Assembly: GCA_054600435.1 (NCBI GenBank)
Contig: BAAIJX010000015.1
Span: forward strand, 62,001 to 126,000
DNA: 64,000 bases
Source: Neophaeotheca triangularis
Taxonomy: Eukaryota
Direction: 5' to 3'
Shown here: in pieces, positions 10,547 to 21,917 of the stretch
Layout of the letters: every line of letters starts with the position of its first letter
How positions within the stretch are numbered: the stretch's first letter is position 1
Translations under genes and position numbers: made by a program
Notes under the pieces: model-generated
Told to the model about the DNA's origin: nothing
The model's database searches: none
What the model saw: only the letters and a program-made list of their open reading frames with translations

Positions 10547-13066
10547 ATGAATCGCCGTGTAAGCTCCATTTCAATCCAGGAGCCTCTCCGCCGACCCAGT
10601 TACGCCAACCGCCGCGTCTCCGCCTTCTCGACCGCCGAGCAAGGAGATGTCGACCCAGTCTCCCAGGCGGACGAAGCCGTCGCAAAGGAAATCGACGAGA
10701 TCAAACGCTATGAGGACTTCACGACCATAGACTGGGTGCAAGACGCAGCGCGCGAGCAGCAAAGGCGCAAGGCGCGGCGGCAAGAGCGTGCGGGTTTCTT
10801 CGAGCGCGAGGGTCGCCTGGGTTGGCGGCGAAAGGCTTACGAGGCGTACGATGCTGCGCAGGGCTGGATTGTCGTCTCGCTCATTGGTGTTGCCATAGGC
10901 GCCAATGCTGCGTTTCTCAACATTGTCACCGAGTGGTTGTCGGACATCAAGCTGGGATATTGCACCACGGCCTTTTACCTGAACGAGTCTTTCTGCTGCT
11001 GGGGAGCCGAGGAAGGCTGCGCGGAATGGCATAGGTGGAGCGGTTTCTGGCCCATCAACTATGTGCTTTACATTGTCTTTTCGACGGCTTTCGCTTTCAC
11101 ATCTGCTAGGCTTGTAAAGTCCTTTGCGCCCTATGCTGCTGGATCTGGCATCAGCGAGATTAAGTGCATCATTGCTGGGTTCGTAATGAAGGGCTTTCTC
11201 GGTTTTTGGACGCTATTGATCAAGTCGATTGGCCTACCCCTGGCCATCGCGTCTGGCCTCAGCGTTGGAAAGGAAGGGCCTAGCGTCCATTATGCCGTCT
11301 GTACTGGAAACGTCATCAGCAGGATGTTTGAGAAGTTTAGGCGTAATGCTGGCAAGACCCGGGAGATTCTGTCGGCTTGCGCTGCAGCAGGTGTGGCAGT
11401 GGCTTTTGGCAGTCCGATTGGCGGTGTACTGTTCTCCCTAGAAGAGATGAGCAACTACTTCCCACTCAAGACCATGTGGCGGTCGTACTTTTGCGCGCTT
11501 GTCGCGACGGCAGTATTGGCAGCCATGAACCCCTTTCGCACCGGACAATTGGTCATGTTCACGGTACGCTATGACCGGGGTTGGCACTTTTTCGAAATCA
11601 TCTTTTACATTCTCATCGGCATTTTTGGTGGGGTCTACGGTGCCTTCGTGATGAAGTGGAATCTTCGCGCTCAGGCTTTCCGAAAAAAGTACCTGTCTAA
11701 GCACGCCATTCTTGAAGCAACGCTGCTGGCGACTTTTACGGCCATTCTATGTTACCCCAACATGTTCCTACGGATCGACATGACCGAGAGCATGGAAATT
11801 TTGTTTCTCGAGTGTGAAGGAGGCCATGATTACGACGAGCTGTGCGATGCCGAAAACCGCTGGTCGGTGGTGTTTACTCTTTTTTGCGCCACGGCTTTGC
11901 GGATCTTCTTGATCATCATCAGCTATGGTTGCAAAGTACCTGCGGGCATCTTCGTCCCTTCAATGGCCGTCGGTGCTTCTTTTGGCCGCATGGTCGGCAT
12001 GCTGGTTCAGGCGCTTCACGAGAAGTTTCCCGAGGCAGCCTTCTTTTCGGCTTGCCAGCCAGAGGTGCCTTGCATCACCCCTGGCACTTATGCTTTCCTA
12101 GGAGCTGGCGCCGCACTTAGTGGCATCATGCACATTACGGTCACAGTGGTAGTCATCATGTTCGAGCTGACTGGTGCGCTAACTTACATTCTCCCAACCA
12201 TGATTGTAGTCGGCGTCACAAAAGCAGTCTCCGAGCGCTTCGGCAAAGGCGGCATAGCAGACCGCATGATCTGGTTCAATGGATTCCCCTTCCTCGACAA
12301 CAAAGAGGACCACACCTTTGGCGTTCCAGTCTCGCAGACCATGACCACCAACCCTCGCACCGTCCCTGCAACCGATATGACCGTCTCTCAACTGGACAGC
12401 ATAGTCAAAGACACAACTTACCAAGGCTTCCCCGTCGTCGAAGACACCACGACCAACACACTCCTCGGCTACATTGGCCGCACGGAGCTGCAATACGCCC
12501 TCAACCGCGCCCGCCGCGAACAACCAATCTCCCCAACCGCCCACTGCCTCTTCAGCCCTCAAGAAGGACCCCGGCCGCCCACAACCCCCAGCGCAACTGC
12601 CGTCCCTGTCTCATTCGACGACCTAAGCGCAACCACCGTCGACTTTTCCAAATTCGTCGACCCGACCCCATTAGCCGTGAACCCAAACCTGCCCCTCGAA
12701 ACCGTCATGGAACTTTTCAAGAAACTCGGCCCCCGCGTCATCCTCGTAGAACACCAAGGTCGCCTGACCGGGCTGGTAACTGTCAAAGACTGTCTGAAGT
12801 ACCAATTTAAAGCCGAAGCCCACGAGCACCCGATTCGCGATCAGGATGCCGTGCAGAACGAACGACAGGAGTTGCTGTGGCGATTGATCAAGGGGTCTGC
12901 TGAATGGGTTCAAGAGAAGTGTGGAAGGCTTACGAAGGGGAGGTTAAGGCTTGATCAGGGTGGGGATAGGCCGCCTAGGTCGGGAGCGAGTTTTGATTCG
13001 ACGGTTGTTGGGGAGAGTGGTGAAGGTGAGGAGGTGGAGTTGGAGGATCGGAGGAATGGTATCTAG
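10547..13066 (+). CDS. CLC voltage-gated chloride channel / H+-Cl- antiporter with CBS domains (Gef1/CLC-3 like)
   Basis: GSGISE, GKEGP and GIFVPS CLC signatures; YEDFTTIDW; C-terminal CBS repeats (GFPVV, LGPRVILV); intronless. Confidence 0.95.
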   Translation: MNRRVSSISIQEPLRRPSYANRRVSAFSTAEQGDVDPVSQADEAVAKEIDEIKRYEDFTTIDWVQDAAREQQRRKARRQERAGFFEREGRLGWRRKAYEAYDAAQGWIVVSLIGVAIGANAAFLNIVTEWLSDIKLGYCTTAFYLNESFCCWGAEEGCAEWHRWSGFWPINYVLYIVFSTAFAFTSARLVKSFAPYAAGSGISEIKCIIAGFVMKGFLGFWTLLIKSIGLPLAIASGLSVGKEGPSVHYAVCTGNVISRMFEKFRRNAGKTREILSACAAAGVAVAFGSPIGGVLFSLEEMSNYFPLKTMWRSYFCALVATAVLAAMNPFRTGQLVMFTVRYDRGWHFFEIIFYILIGIFGGVYGAFVMKWNLRAQAFRKKYLSKHAILEATLLATFTAILCYPNMFLRIDMTESMEILFLECEGGHDYDELCDAENRWSVVFTLFCATALRIFLIIISYGCKVPAGIFVPSMAVGASFGRMVGMLVQALHEKFPEAAFFSACQPEVPCITPGTYAFLGAGAALSGIMHITVTVVVIMFELTGALTYILPTMIVVGVTKAVSERFGKGGIADRMIWFNGFPFLDNKEDHTFGVPVSQTMTTNPRTVPATDMTVSQLDSIVKDTTYQGFPVVEDTTTNTLLGYIGRTELQYALNRARREQPISPTAHCLFSPQEGPRPPTTPSATAVPVSFDDLSATTVDFSKFVDPTPLAVNPNLPLETVMELFKKLGPRVILVEHQGRLTGLVTVKDCLKYQFKAEAHEHPIRDQDAVQNERQELLWRLIKGSAEWVQEKCGRLTKGRLRLDQGGDRPPRSGASFDSTVVGESGEGEEVELEDRRNGI

Positions 13067-13429
13067 GAGTCATAATGCAGCTTTTTTTCGTCGTCGTTGA
13101 AAACGTTGACTTGCAGTGATTGAATGTGTGGTGGGTCTTGTACGGCCTGGGATATGCAAAGGCGCGCGGCCATGCCGTAGTAGGCGTTCCTTTCTCTGCA
13201 ATCTTTACGGGACGTGATGGTCCTCGTAGCGTCAACAAACCTGAAATAATGAACATCCTACATCAGGGAACCAAAGAGACGAAGAGCGAAGTAGCGACGG
13301 TTTCCCTGAGATGGGAAAGCGGCTAGACCGAAGTCTACGACAAAGGGTCCAGTCGATGCTGGGGTTGATGACTTCGTACATCAAAGAATTCCGCAACACA
13401 TTCTACGTCTCATCACTGCTATGGCTCCC

Positions 13430-14118
13430 TTACCGACGCAAAACCTTGCGCTCTGGCTCCACCCCGTCACTATAGACAGCGCCGCCCCCTGGAACAACGT
13501 CCCGCGCAGCAGCAACAGGAGCATCAGGCTCATCACTGAAACCCCCAACCTGCTCCGAAAGTGCAACACTTGGCTCTCTCCCAACAGTCCCAGCACCACT
13601 TTCCTCCTTGCCCTCATCCCGCCTCCCAATAATAACACTCCCCGCAACCAGCATCGCGGCCCCAAGCCACCAAAGCCCTAGTAGACAAACCCAAAAGCGA
13701 TTAGCCAAAAAACCCCATCACATCCGATCCATCCCAAGGTCCAAAACCGACAAAAAAAAAAAAAAAACTTACCCGGCAACCCCTCCCCAAAAACCAACCA
13801 ACCCATAACAGCACTGAGCCCAAAATTCGCACTCGTGTTAATGACACTAACTCTGACGGTACTCGACGCCAGCGTCAGCGCTCTGGTGAAGAGCCCCCAC
13901 ATGACCGCATTAAAGGCGAGATTCATGGCGAAGAAGAAGCCGCGAATGAGGGTTTCGATGACGACGCTGGGGTTCGTGAAACCGAAGAGGTGGGAGAGGG
14001 CCGTTGCCCAGGTTGTCGTTAGCGAGGTTGTCGTCAGTTTGGCGAAGACGCCGTTGAGGGCTGCGAAGGCGCCTGAGGCTAGGGCGTAGAGGAGCCATTG
14101 GGTGTTTGGGGGTGGCAT
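13430..14118 (-). CDS. TMEM42-like small DMT/EamA-type membrane protein, intron 13772-13678
   Basis: ALASGAFAALNGVFAKLTT...NAVMWGLFTRAL...VSVINTSANF...FGEGLPG|LWWLGAAMLVAGSVIIGRR; about 4 TM segments. Confidence 0.8.
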
Positions 14119-14546
14119 GGTTGGGGTTGGGTGAGGAGATGGCTTCGGGATGTCCTTTTGGCTTGGGCTGGGTTGGGTGGGATGAGATTCCAGTAGCGTG
14201 TGGTTGGGGGTTCCTTTGGTAGGCGGAGGCTGTAGGACGTTTGGTTTAGCTTTCGACAAGAGACCCTACTGGCGACGTTCGAAATCGAAACGTGGTTTTC
14301 ATGCAACAACAACGTCTAGGTAGGTAGGTAGCCATTGCCAACCGGGATGGTAGGTGAGATTCATCCCATGGCCCCGGCTGACTAAGCGCTTCAGCGTCCC
14401 CCAGCTGTGCAGGTGGTGTCTTCCAACAATAATCAATCCACTTGCTACGCCACGCCATCTCGATACGCAGGAATACCTCCTAGTTGCGCCACCGACCACG
14501 ATCCCCAGTAACGCGTCCCCTAACAACAGTCCAAACTTCCCCGGAA

Positions 14547-14857
14547 ATGACCGACGACGAAATCCTCCTCATGGTCCGTCCTCTCACTCACTTCTTTAAC
14601 AAAACAAAACCCTCCCACCCAGACCCCAACTGACCAAAACCCTCCAGCTCCTCGCCAACCTCCGCAACGCAGAAGCGACCTTCGGCGCCAGCAGCCCCTC
14701 TTACACCAGCATCCGGAACACGATGCTCGAACACTTGCGGGCCATGCAAGCGCGCGGCGCCAAGACTAATCTGGCTTGCCAGGGCGACCGTGATGCTTCG
14801 GAATTGCAGGCGCTGATGGGTGGGTTTGAGAAGTTGGGGATTCGGGAGGAAGGTTGA
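14547..14857 (+). CDS. Small hypothetical protein, 78 aa, 2 exons (14547-14573, 14648-14857); absent from ORF track
   Basis: ATG, GTCCGT donor, ACTGAC branch and CAG acceptor give open frame MTDDEILLMLLANLRNAEATFGASSPSYTSIRNTMLEHLRAMQARG...EKLGIREEG*; same codon-skew pattern as neighbouring real genes. Confidence 0.6.
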
Positions 14858-15636
14858 GTGGAGGGTCTGGCTGATGGGTTTCTGTCTTTTTGGCTTTGCC
14901 TTTTTGGATCGACGCAGGTGTCGGTTGGGTTGCTCTCTGCTGCTTCTACTGTCTGGCGGCCGGAACGTCTTGGAGGGCGGACCAGCAAGTCGCTGTCTAC
15001 TAGCTGTGAGTGGGATTGCCTTTGTTGTTTCGGTTGTTGTCGACGATCTCCGGCACAGCGACCATCTGCATGTCGCTTGCGAAGAGATTAGGGTGTGAGA
15101 ATTCGCCACTGTCCGGATGTGATTTGGGTCCCGGCACGTAGCTTACGCCTGGAGCGGGAAGGTGGTTGATCTGTTCTGTATCGCTCGTAGGGCGAACAGG
15201 TCGTCATTGGGTTTGACGAGGCATGGCCCGCTTTGAAGGGTTTGGACCTGGCACGTAAGGAAGTGTGGATGTGTGATCTTTGGACGGGGCCAGTGGTTAT
15301 CTTTCTGGAAGTTTTGTCTGGAAGTGACAAAAGTGAAGAACAGGGAGACGTGCGACGACGCGAGCGTTGTAAAGAAATTAATCAACAATTGTTTCGCTTC
15401 AACAACAACGACGTTATTCATTCCGACTTCTCTAGTGGAGAGCCTCGTTCATTACAAATGCCGAGCTTGAGCATCACCTGCCAACGCCAGGCCTTGGTTT
15501 TCCGCACCTCAAACCGTAGAGTTGCGCCAGAATCACCGTTTCCTGTCCAATCCAAATACCGAGCGCCCTTATCTTCCTAGAAGCCTATACACCAATCCTT
15601 GCCATCCCCATCCCATTAAGCCCATTCTGAACCCCC

Positions 15637-16140
15637 CTACTTCTGCACCTTGTGATCGCCAACCGCCTGCTGATACGTCGGCGGCACCTCCTCGCCACTA
15701 GAGCTGCCCTGCACCGGCGCCTGCGTGCTCGCACTCGCATTCACAGTCCCATACCCCCTCTGTCCGCCACCGACTCTACCACCCTGCGGCTTTGGTCCGG
15801 CCCGGGCATACTGCGGTTGGTCCTGCTGCTGGACGTAGTAGTACGTCACGGTCCTGCCGTCGCCGTTCTCAGGGTCTTGTTGCGGGAGTTCAGAGTAGGT
15901 CGGTTCGGGGTAGGAGGCGATGATGTACCAGGCGTGGATGAGGCCGGGAAGGAAGCCTAGGACTACGGGAGAGAAGGGTTAGCTTGACCGCTGAGGGGAT
16001 TAAAGGGGTCTGAACGAGGACTTACCGCACAGGGCGATGTTGATGAAGCTGTCTGCGCTGCAGATGCCGCGCTTGACCCAGACAGCGAGTGGGGGGAAGA
16101 GGACGGCGAGGATGCCTAGGAAGATGTCGGAGCCGCACAT
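15637..16140 (-). CDS. Pmp3/UPF0057 (Sna3/Sna4-like) membrane proteolipid with C-terminal PPxY, intron 16025-15963
   Basis: MCGSDIFLGILAVLFPPLAVWVKRGICSADSFINIALCVLGFLPGLIHAWYII is the Pmp3 fold; tail ends in VPPTYQQAV. Confidence 0.9.
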
Positions 16141-17850
16141 GGTGGGTAGCTAGATTGATTTGGATGGTGGAGGTGGTCTTGGTCTGGTGATATTTGGTTT
16201 GATGGCTGGTGTACTTTGAGAGAGGTTGGGACGAGCGGACGGTTGGTAGAGAGCACAAGTAAAGTATCCGTGGATGTTGCCTACACACGCCTAAGGTACG
16301 CCCGAGTCAGCAGCTCATATGTCAGCGCGCCGGGCTGTGGCAGTGACGACAGCGTGGCTGAGCTTTCACTTTCGCCCCTGCAGAATGCGGGGAAGTACGC
16401 CACGATGCGAAGTCAGTGCACACGCCTCTGTTTTCACTTTCAAGGTTGGCCTCATGGGCCTGTGTGCCTTTCAAGCCCGATTTTCCTACAAGAACCACTG
16501 TAGGCTCTTCAGCAATGAACATGACGAGCGATGTTAGCGTAACGTATGATCCTACAGAAAGCCGTCAAAAGTAACATTCAGCCCATCAAACCCCACATTC
16601 TGCCAGGCCTACCTTCTGCGTTGATCGGAAGGACAAGACAACGCATAACGCCAACCACCCCTTTCAAAGAGGGCGTCGAATAGTGAGAGCAGTCTCACAC
16701 AGATCTACCATCTCGGCGGAAATCATTGATGATTCTGTGCCGATTCCCTAACACAAAGCGAAAAAAGACCTCGTTCTCTGGACAGCCCTACCGTGATCGA
16801 CTCGTTGAAAGGCTGCAAACGCTACGAGATCCAGACAAGGTCGTCACTGAGCTAGTACCGAAGAATGACTGCAAAATTGCTTCACTGGCCAAGACTGTAT
16901 GCGCGCTGATGGAAGGATGGGTTCAGGTGTCCTGTGCCTTTGTGTATCAAGCTTCGGTAGCAAGACGACGATACGCTTCCACTTCGCTCGGCCTCGAAAG
17001 GGGGACAAGCAGTTGGCCGGAGATGCTACAGACGGTTCACAGCCCATCCTTTAGCCTGGAGGGACTCTCAATGGTACGAGACCGGTCTTCGCAGTGTCTC
17101 GCCTCAGGTGAACGGTTCGGATAGGAACGTGATGCGAAGCGTTTGTCGTGGCGCGCCGGCCTCAGGTTCTGGGCCGCTTACTCGTCTCGGAAGAGGCTGA
17201 ACTGTGACTCTGCGGTACCTAGGTAAGTCATTGAGTAGGCGTCCTGCTTTTGCGCTAGGTTCTCGGTGTTTTCAGGCAATCTCAAAGTCAAGAGCACTCG
17301 GAGATGGTGAAGGATGCTGGATGCTTTTAACTTTGCATATCGTTTTTGATTGCAAATTGGCGGATCGATGCTCAATTTGGCAATGGGATCGAAAAGGGTT
17401 CTACCTTCGATTTCCCAATCGAACAATTGGCTTGTTATATCGTCAGCTCCTTCTAGATTAGCGCTCGGGGAAGTGTTTGCTTTATGAGACAATCCCGTAG
17501 CCCCTACGGCAATCTTTTCCTATTGCTCCCATCCTTGTGACTCTCCTTGAGCCCCGTTTGGTAGACTCGGCCAACGGTGAAGCGAAGGCTCTCAACGATC
17601 AATGAGCATTGCTAGTCGAAAAGCCTCGTCACGCTTCTTAGTACGACATCCTGGCTCAGGAGAATCAGACCAGCCCATATGCGGTGTGGAGTGATTGTCA
17701 GTGTGCCCTCCTTGCGAGGAACCCTGGCCTCGACCGTGGTATTCAGCATGCCAAAGAAAAGCGGGAGAACGTGCTCCCGAGAGACATGCTTCCAGCACGA
17801 CACTCGCGCCGTGGCATCTCTTCCTTCAGCGCACGACCTGACCACGCCAC

Positions 17851-18342
17851 TCAACGCTCGTCCGCAAGCGGATTAGCATGCACCGTAACCTTCTGGATCC
17901 TGATCCCCTCCTTTGGCCGATTCTTCTTGTCAACCTCGGTGCCCTCCATTCTATCCAAAACCTCCCACCCCTCCAACACGCGCCCAAAGACCGTATTCTT
18001 CCCATCCAAATGCGGGGCCTCACTTAGCGTGACAAAAAACTGGCTACCATTCGTCCCAGGACCCTTGTTCGCCATGCTAAGCATACCGCGCTTATTGTGC
18101 TTGAGCGTGGATTTGGTTTCGTCCTCGAAAGGCGCGCCGTAGATGGAGGTGCTGTCCTTGGTCGTGCCTGTCCCTGGTGAGCCTCCTTGGATCATGAAGT
18201 TGGGTATCAGGCGGTGGAAAGGCGAACCATTATAAGCGCCGGATGCGCAGAGGGCGAGAAAATTGTACGAGGTTTTGGGTGTGGCGGTGCAGAAGAGCTC
18301 GAGCTTGAGCTCGCCGTGGGTGGTGTGCAGTGTTATGGACAT
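17851..18342 (-). CDS. Cyclophilin-type peptidyl-prolyl isomerase, PPIL3/Cyp10-like
   Basis: MSITLHTTHGELKLELFC, FHRLIPNFMIQGG, SMANKGPGTNGSQFF, HLDGKNTVFG, ends HANPLA. Confidence 0.92.
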   Translation of the reverse strand: MSITLHTTHGELKLELFCTATPKTSYNFLALCASGAYNGSPFHRLIPNFMIQGGSPGTGTTKDSTSIYGAPFEDETKSTLKHNKRGMLSMANKGPGTNGSQFFVTLSEAPHLDGKNTVFGRVLEGWEVLDRMEGTEVDKKNRPKEGIRIQKVTVHANPLADER

Positions 18343-19401
18343 TTCTCTCGAGGGCGACCGGGAATGCTCGTTGAGGTTGTTATGCTTGCGCGCAATAGCG
18401 GGATGGTGGTGGCAGGTGGCAGGCTTTCGCGGAGCTTTATGCCATGATTTGACAGGGTCAATCGGTGACGGGACGGGAAAGAGGTTCGAGGTGACTTTGC
18501 AGGTGCGGAGACGGAGGCTTGAACTGGGCGGACGATGATGTAGCTCGATAGCAATAATGGCACAGCGAACTTCTCGAGGCTCGGTGTAGTTTCGTTCAAG
18601 GAGTCAGTAAGGTAGTAGTGTCGCCTGACGTATTGCTCGTTCAATAATCACCTCACTTAGGTGTACTTGTATGTCTGAATTATAATGAATAGTAATGTTC
18701 GGATGTCACAACCGAGCAAGACCAACAAGCCACCAAAAAGTCACTAGCCACCTTCGGCCCCAGTCCCTGCCCAGTCCCCAGCAGCGATCCATCTGCGCCG
18801 CGCGGGCGCGGACAATCGATTATTGTCCTGGGCTGCCACGCACATGCGTCGACTCGCAACCTCACACTCGACCCTTGTCGTCGCTTACCTTACCCACCTT
18901 ACCACCTCCTACGTCTCAGCCCGAGAGTATCTACCTTACTGTTCACACCATACGTCTCCAATAGTTGACACAAGACCGTACCGCGAAAAACACTCCACCA
19001 CCTCGGACATACCTTAGCAAGCGTTCAAGCGACGACCCAGATATAGTAGTATCAAGATTCACGGAAGCTGTTCAGGGTTACCAACCTTATTGGCTCCGCG
19101 GTACATACATTACGCCTGGAGCTTCAACATCCACATCCCTAGCTTGAGGCCGGAAGACACCACCAGCATAGGGTCGGCAATTGCCCGCCCAAAGCTGCGC
19201 TCATATAAGTCACACTCGACGCTGGCGCGAACGCTCTCCCTCTCCACCAACAGTCAAGCGACATCCTTGATTCTCAACCGTCACACGCGCGAAAAGACAA
19301 CTGCTCTTGCAACAATACCCCTCAACCTGGCGTGCTCTCAACATTGGGGCGCCCATGTGCGCTGATCCCACATCGCCTACACGGCAAGCCTCGCCAGCAA
19401 C

Positions 19402-20661
19402 ATGGCAGCCTATGTAAGGGTGACCGGCCCTCCCAACAGCAACTTCCTCGTCGGCTACCCAGGAATATCAGCAACACTGCCGCGCATAGAAGGACGAGTT
19501 GAGATCCGACCCTCATTAGGCGTCAGCGCGCCGGTAAATGTCTCTCTCGTCACAATCTCCCTGCAACGGCGCGAGTCTATAAACCCCAACGCCGACTCCA
19601 TCCTCCGCTCGCAGCTGTCGTCGCCGCGCAAGGAGATCACCGACATTGTCGGCAAAGAGATGCTGCTGTTCCGTTGTCCACCCGGGAAAGAGAGCGAGGC
19701 GGTACTGTGCATGGATCTGCCCTTTGTCATCTTCATCCCGTACGGACGCGGTGGGGAGGAGATTGCGCGCCGTGTGCCGCCCGCGAGTCTGCAGTTGGAG
19801 AAGCGCACGGCGGAGACGTATTATGAGCTGGTCGTCACGGTGCAACAGGGACATTCGGATAACAGGAAATATGCTTTCCCCGTGCCGATCAGCCGATACG
19901 ACACACTGAGTACGTTTGGCATGTACAACCGGCCGGAAAGCGCGGAAATGGTTACGGATCATTTGGTGACGTTGGGTATCAGTTTGCCGCGGTGGAGTTA
20001 TGGACCGCTGGACCCGGTGTCGGTGTACATCAAGTTGAGTCCGAATCCGGATTGGATGTCCAAGGCGAAGAGGGTTACGATTCAGAGTATTACGGTCGGC
20101 ATCGATGAGGAGATTACGTATAATCATGAGGGGGACGAGCCGACAAGGAAAGTCAAGGCACTGGCCAAGCACCAGCAGAGTGTCAACGTTAAGATGCCAG
20201 AGGCTGGGTATTTCACGAACCTGGGGTTGGTTTTTCCGGCAAAGGAATTGAGGGATAACGACGGCATATTACCGCGAGGCAAGAAGGAGTACCCCATGTA
20301 CAGCCTTTCCGGCTTTACGACTACAGGCACGCTTTACAAGATCGACTACTATCTCACGGTCAAGGTATGTGACGATGCAAGCCAAAAACACGCGAAGATT
20401 TCCGCTAACCTGTCGTAGGCCAAAATGTCATCAACTAGGGACATACTTCTTCGCCAACCAATCGTTGTCTGTCCCTTTGACCACGCCGGTTGCAAGGAGG
20501 AAATGGAAGCCATCGAGCAGGCTGCCAAGGATGCCGCACACATCAGTCCCGATAATCCGATGTTGCCGGCTGCGCAAATCATTAAAGCAAATGATCCGGC
20601 TGGCCTGAAAGCTTTGGGTGTCACGATGACGGGGGGAGTCAGAAAGCCATTGATTGAGTGA
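19402..20661 (+). CDS. Conserved fungal protein, probable arrestin/Ig-like beta-sandwich, intron about 20365-20418
   Basis: Long biased ORF with beta-rich pattern (IEGRVEIR, DLPFVIFIP, PPASL, TYYELVVTV, TTTGTLYKIDYYLTVK|AKMSSTRDILLRQPIVV) resembling alpha-arrestin N and C domains. Confidence 0.6.
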
Positions 20662-20917
20662 GCGATCTGGGCTGTCCTTCCGGAAATCGACAATATCTTA
20701 TTACCACGACAGGACTCCAGAAGCACGGGATGAGCAATTCCACACCGTAGCTAGAGATCAAGAACCGGACTCGCCAAGAGCGGGTTCATCGGCGCCTCAT
20801 GCACACACGAGCAGACGAAGTGACCGAAGTCGACACGGGCGGCAAGAGGAAAACCAGAACGGCGTTGGGATGAGAGGGCGACACGGATTGATTCGAGGGG
20901 GAGACGGGTTTGCTTGA

Positions 20918-20939
20918 CTTTGCTTTGCTTTGCTTTGCT
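20918..20939. repeat. (CTTTG)4 microsatellite
   Basis: ctttgctttgctttgctttgct read directly. Confidence 0.9.
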
Positions 20940-21917
20940 CAATACCCATGGGATATGATTCTTTCTTACCTGCAAAGCAAGCACGGCGTCTTGGACTTGT
21001 CGTTGATGGGCTTGCGTTTTGTGCAATTTTCGTGGCGCTCTTGTGGTTGGGCAGTGGCCCACATCTCGGGTGGGGAAGAGGCTGTGTTCCTTCAAAAGGG
21101 CTCTACGGCGATGACGGTTTCAGAGCCTGAAGATTTTGTAGTCTTCCGGTTGTTAGGATGCCTCGACGTAGAGGCGACTTGACGCGACACCACGCCTTTA
21201 TTACTATTCTATTCTACCTTCCCGGCGCCGATTTTGCTTATGCTGAGCGAAATTTGGTCGTCAGGTTTCGTAATCACGTTCGTATAACAATACTAGTAGG
21301 GGTTCCTTACAGAGCAGCGAGAGTTTGGTTACCTAGGTTATTCCAAGGTACAGGGGTTCTTGATAGAGCAGGGGGGGGGCTAGACCGAACTTCCAAGTGC
21401 AGAAAGGCTGCATAAAGTAGTATTATTATTATCCTTATCATTATTATTGATTACAAGGCAGAGCATTATTGCATATTTACTTCCCCCGCTAGTTACTGCA
21501 GTAGTTGTTGCCTCCGCCCGACATGACCGGGCAACACCTCTTCTTACCTCGACTCAACCATCACCTTACCTTAACCTACAGTAGTACTTGTACTCCTCTA
21601 CCTTCCATAATCTGCAATCTTAAGGTGTTGAAGACATCACCTCCGTCACTCTCACCTCCACCGCCAGCCGGGGAAAGATATCCACAGCGGCTGCTAACCC
21701 ACAATGCACTCGGCACTGTAGCCGATGGATCCCGTCTAGCCATCGCCGCGCAGCCACCCACCCCATTTGTAACCGACCTCTCTCGTTCACGTTGAAGCTG
21801 TGAGAGTAGCGAGACTACATCACCCCTTGGCTATCGACCTCTCTAGTACCGACATCCACTTCCCGCAGTCTCTCGCTTGATTCCCGCCGCAATCGCCCAT
21901 CACTACCACCACCGCCA

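Noticed and set aside
16600..17600. Short ORFs with a coding-like look between the Pmp3-like gene and cyclophilin
   Set aside because: Possibly a decayed gene, but no motif or consistent splice model could be supported
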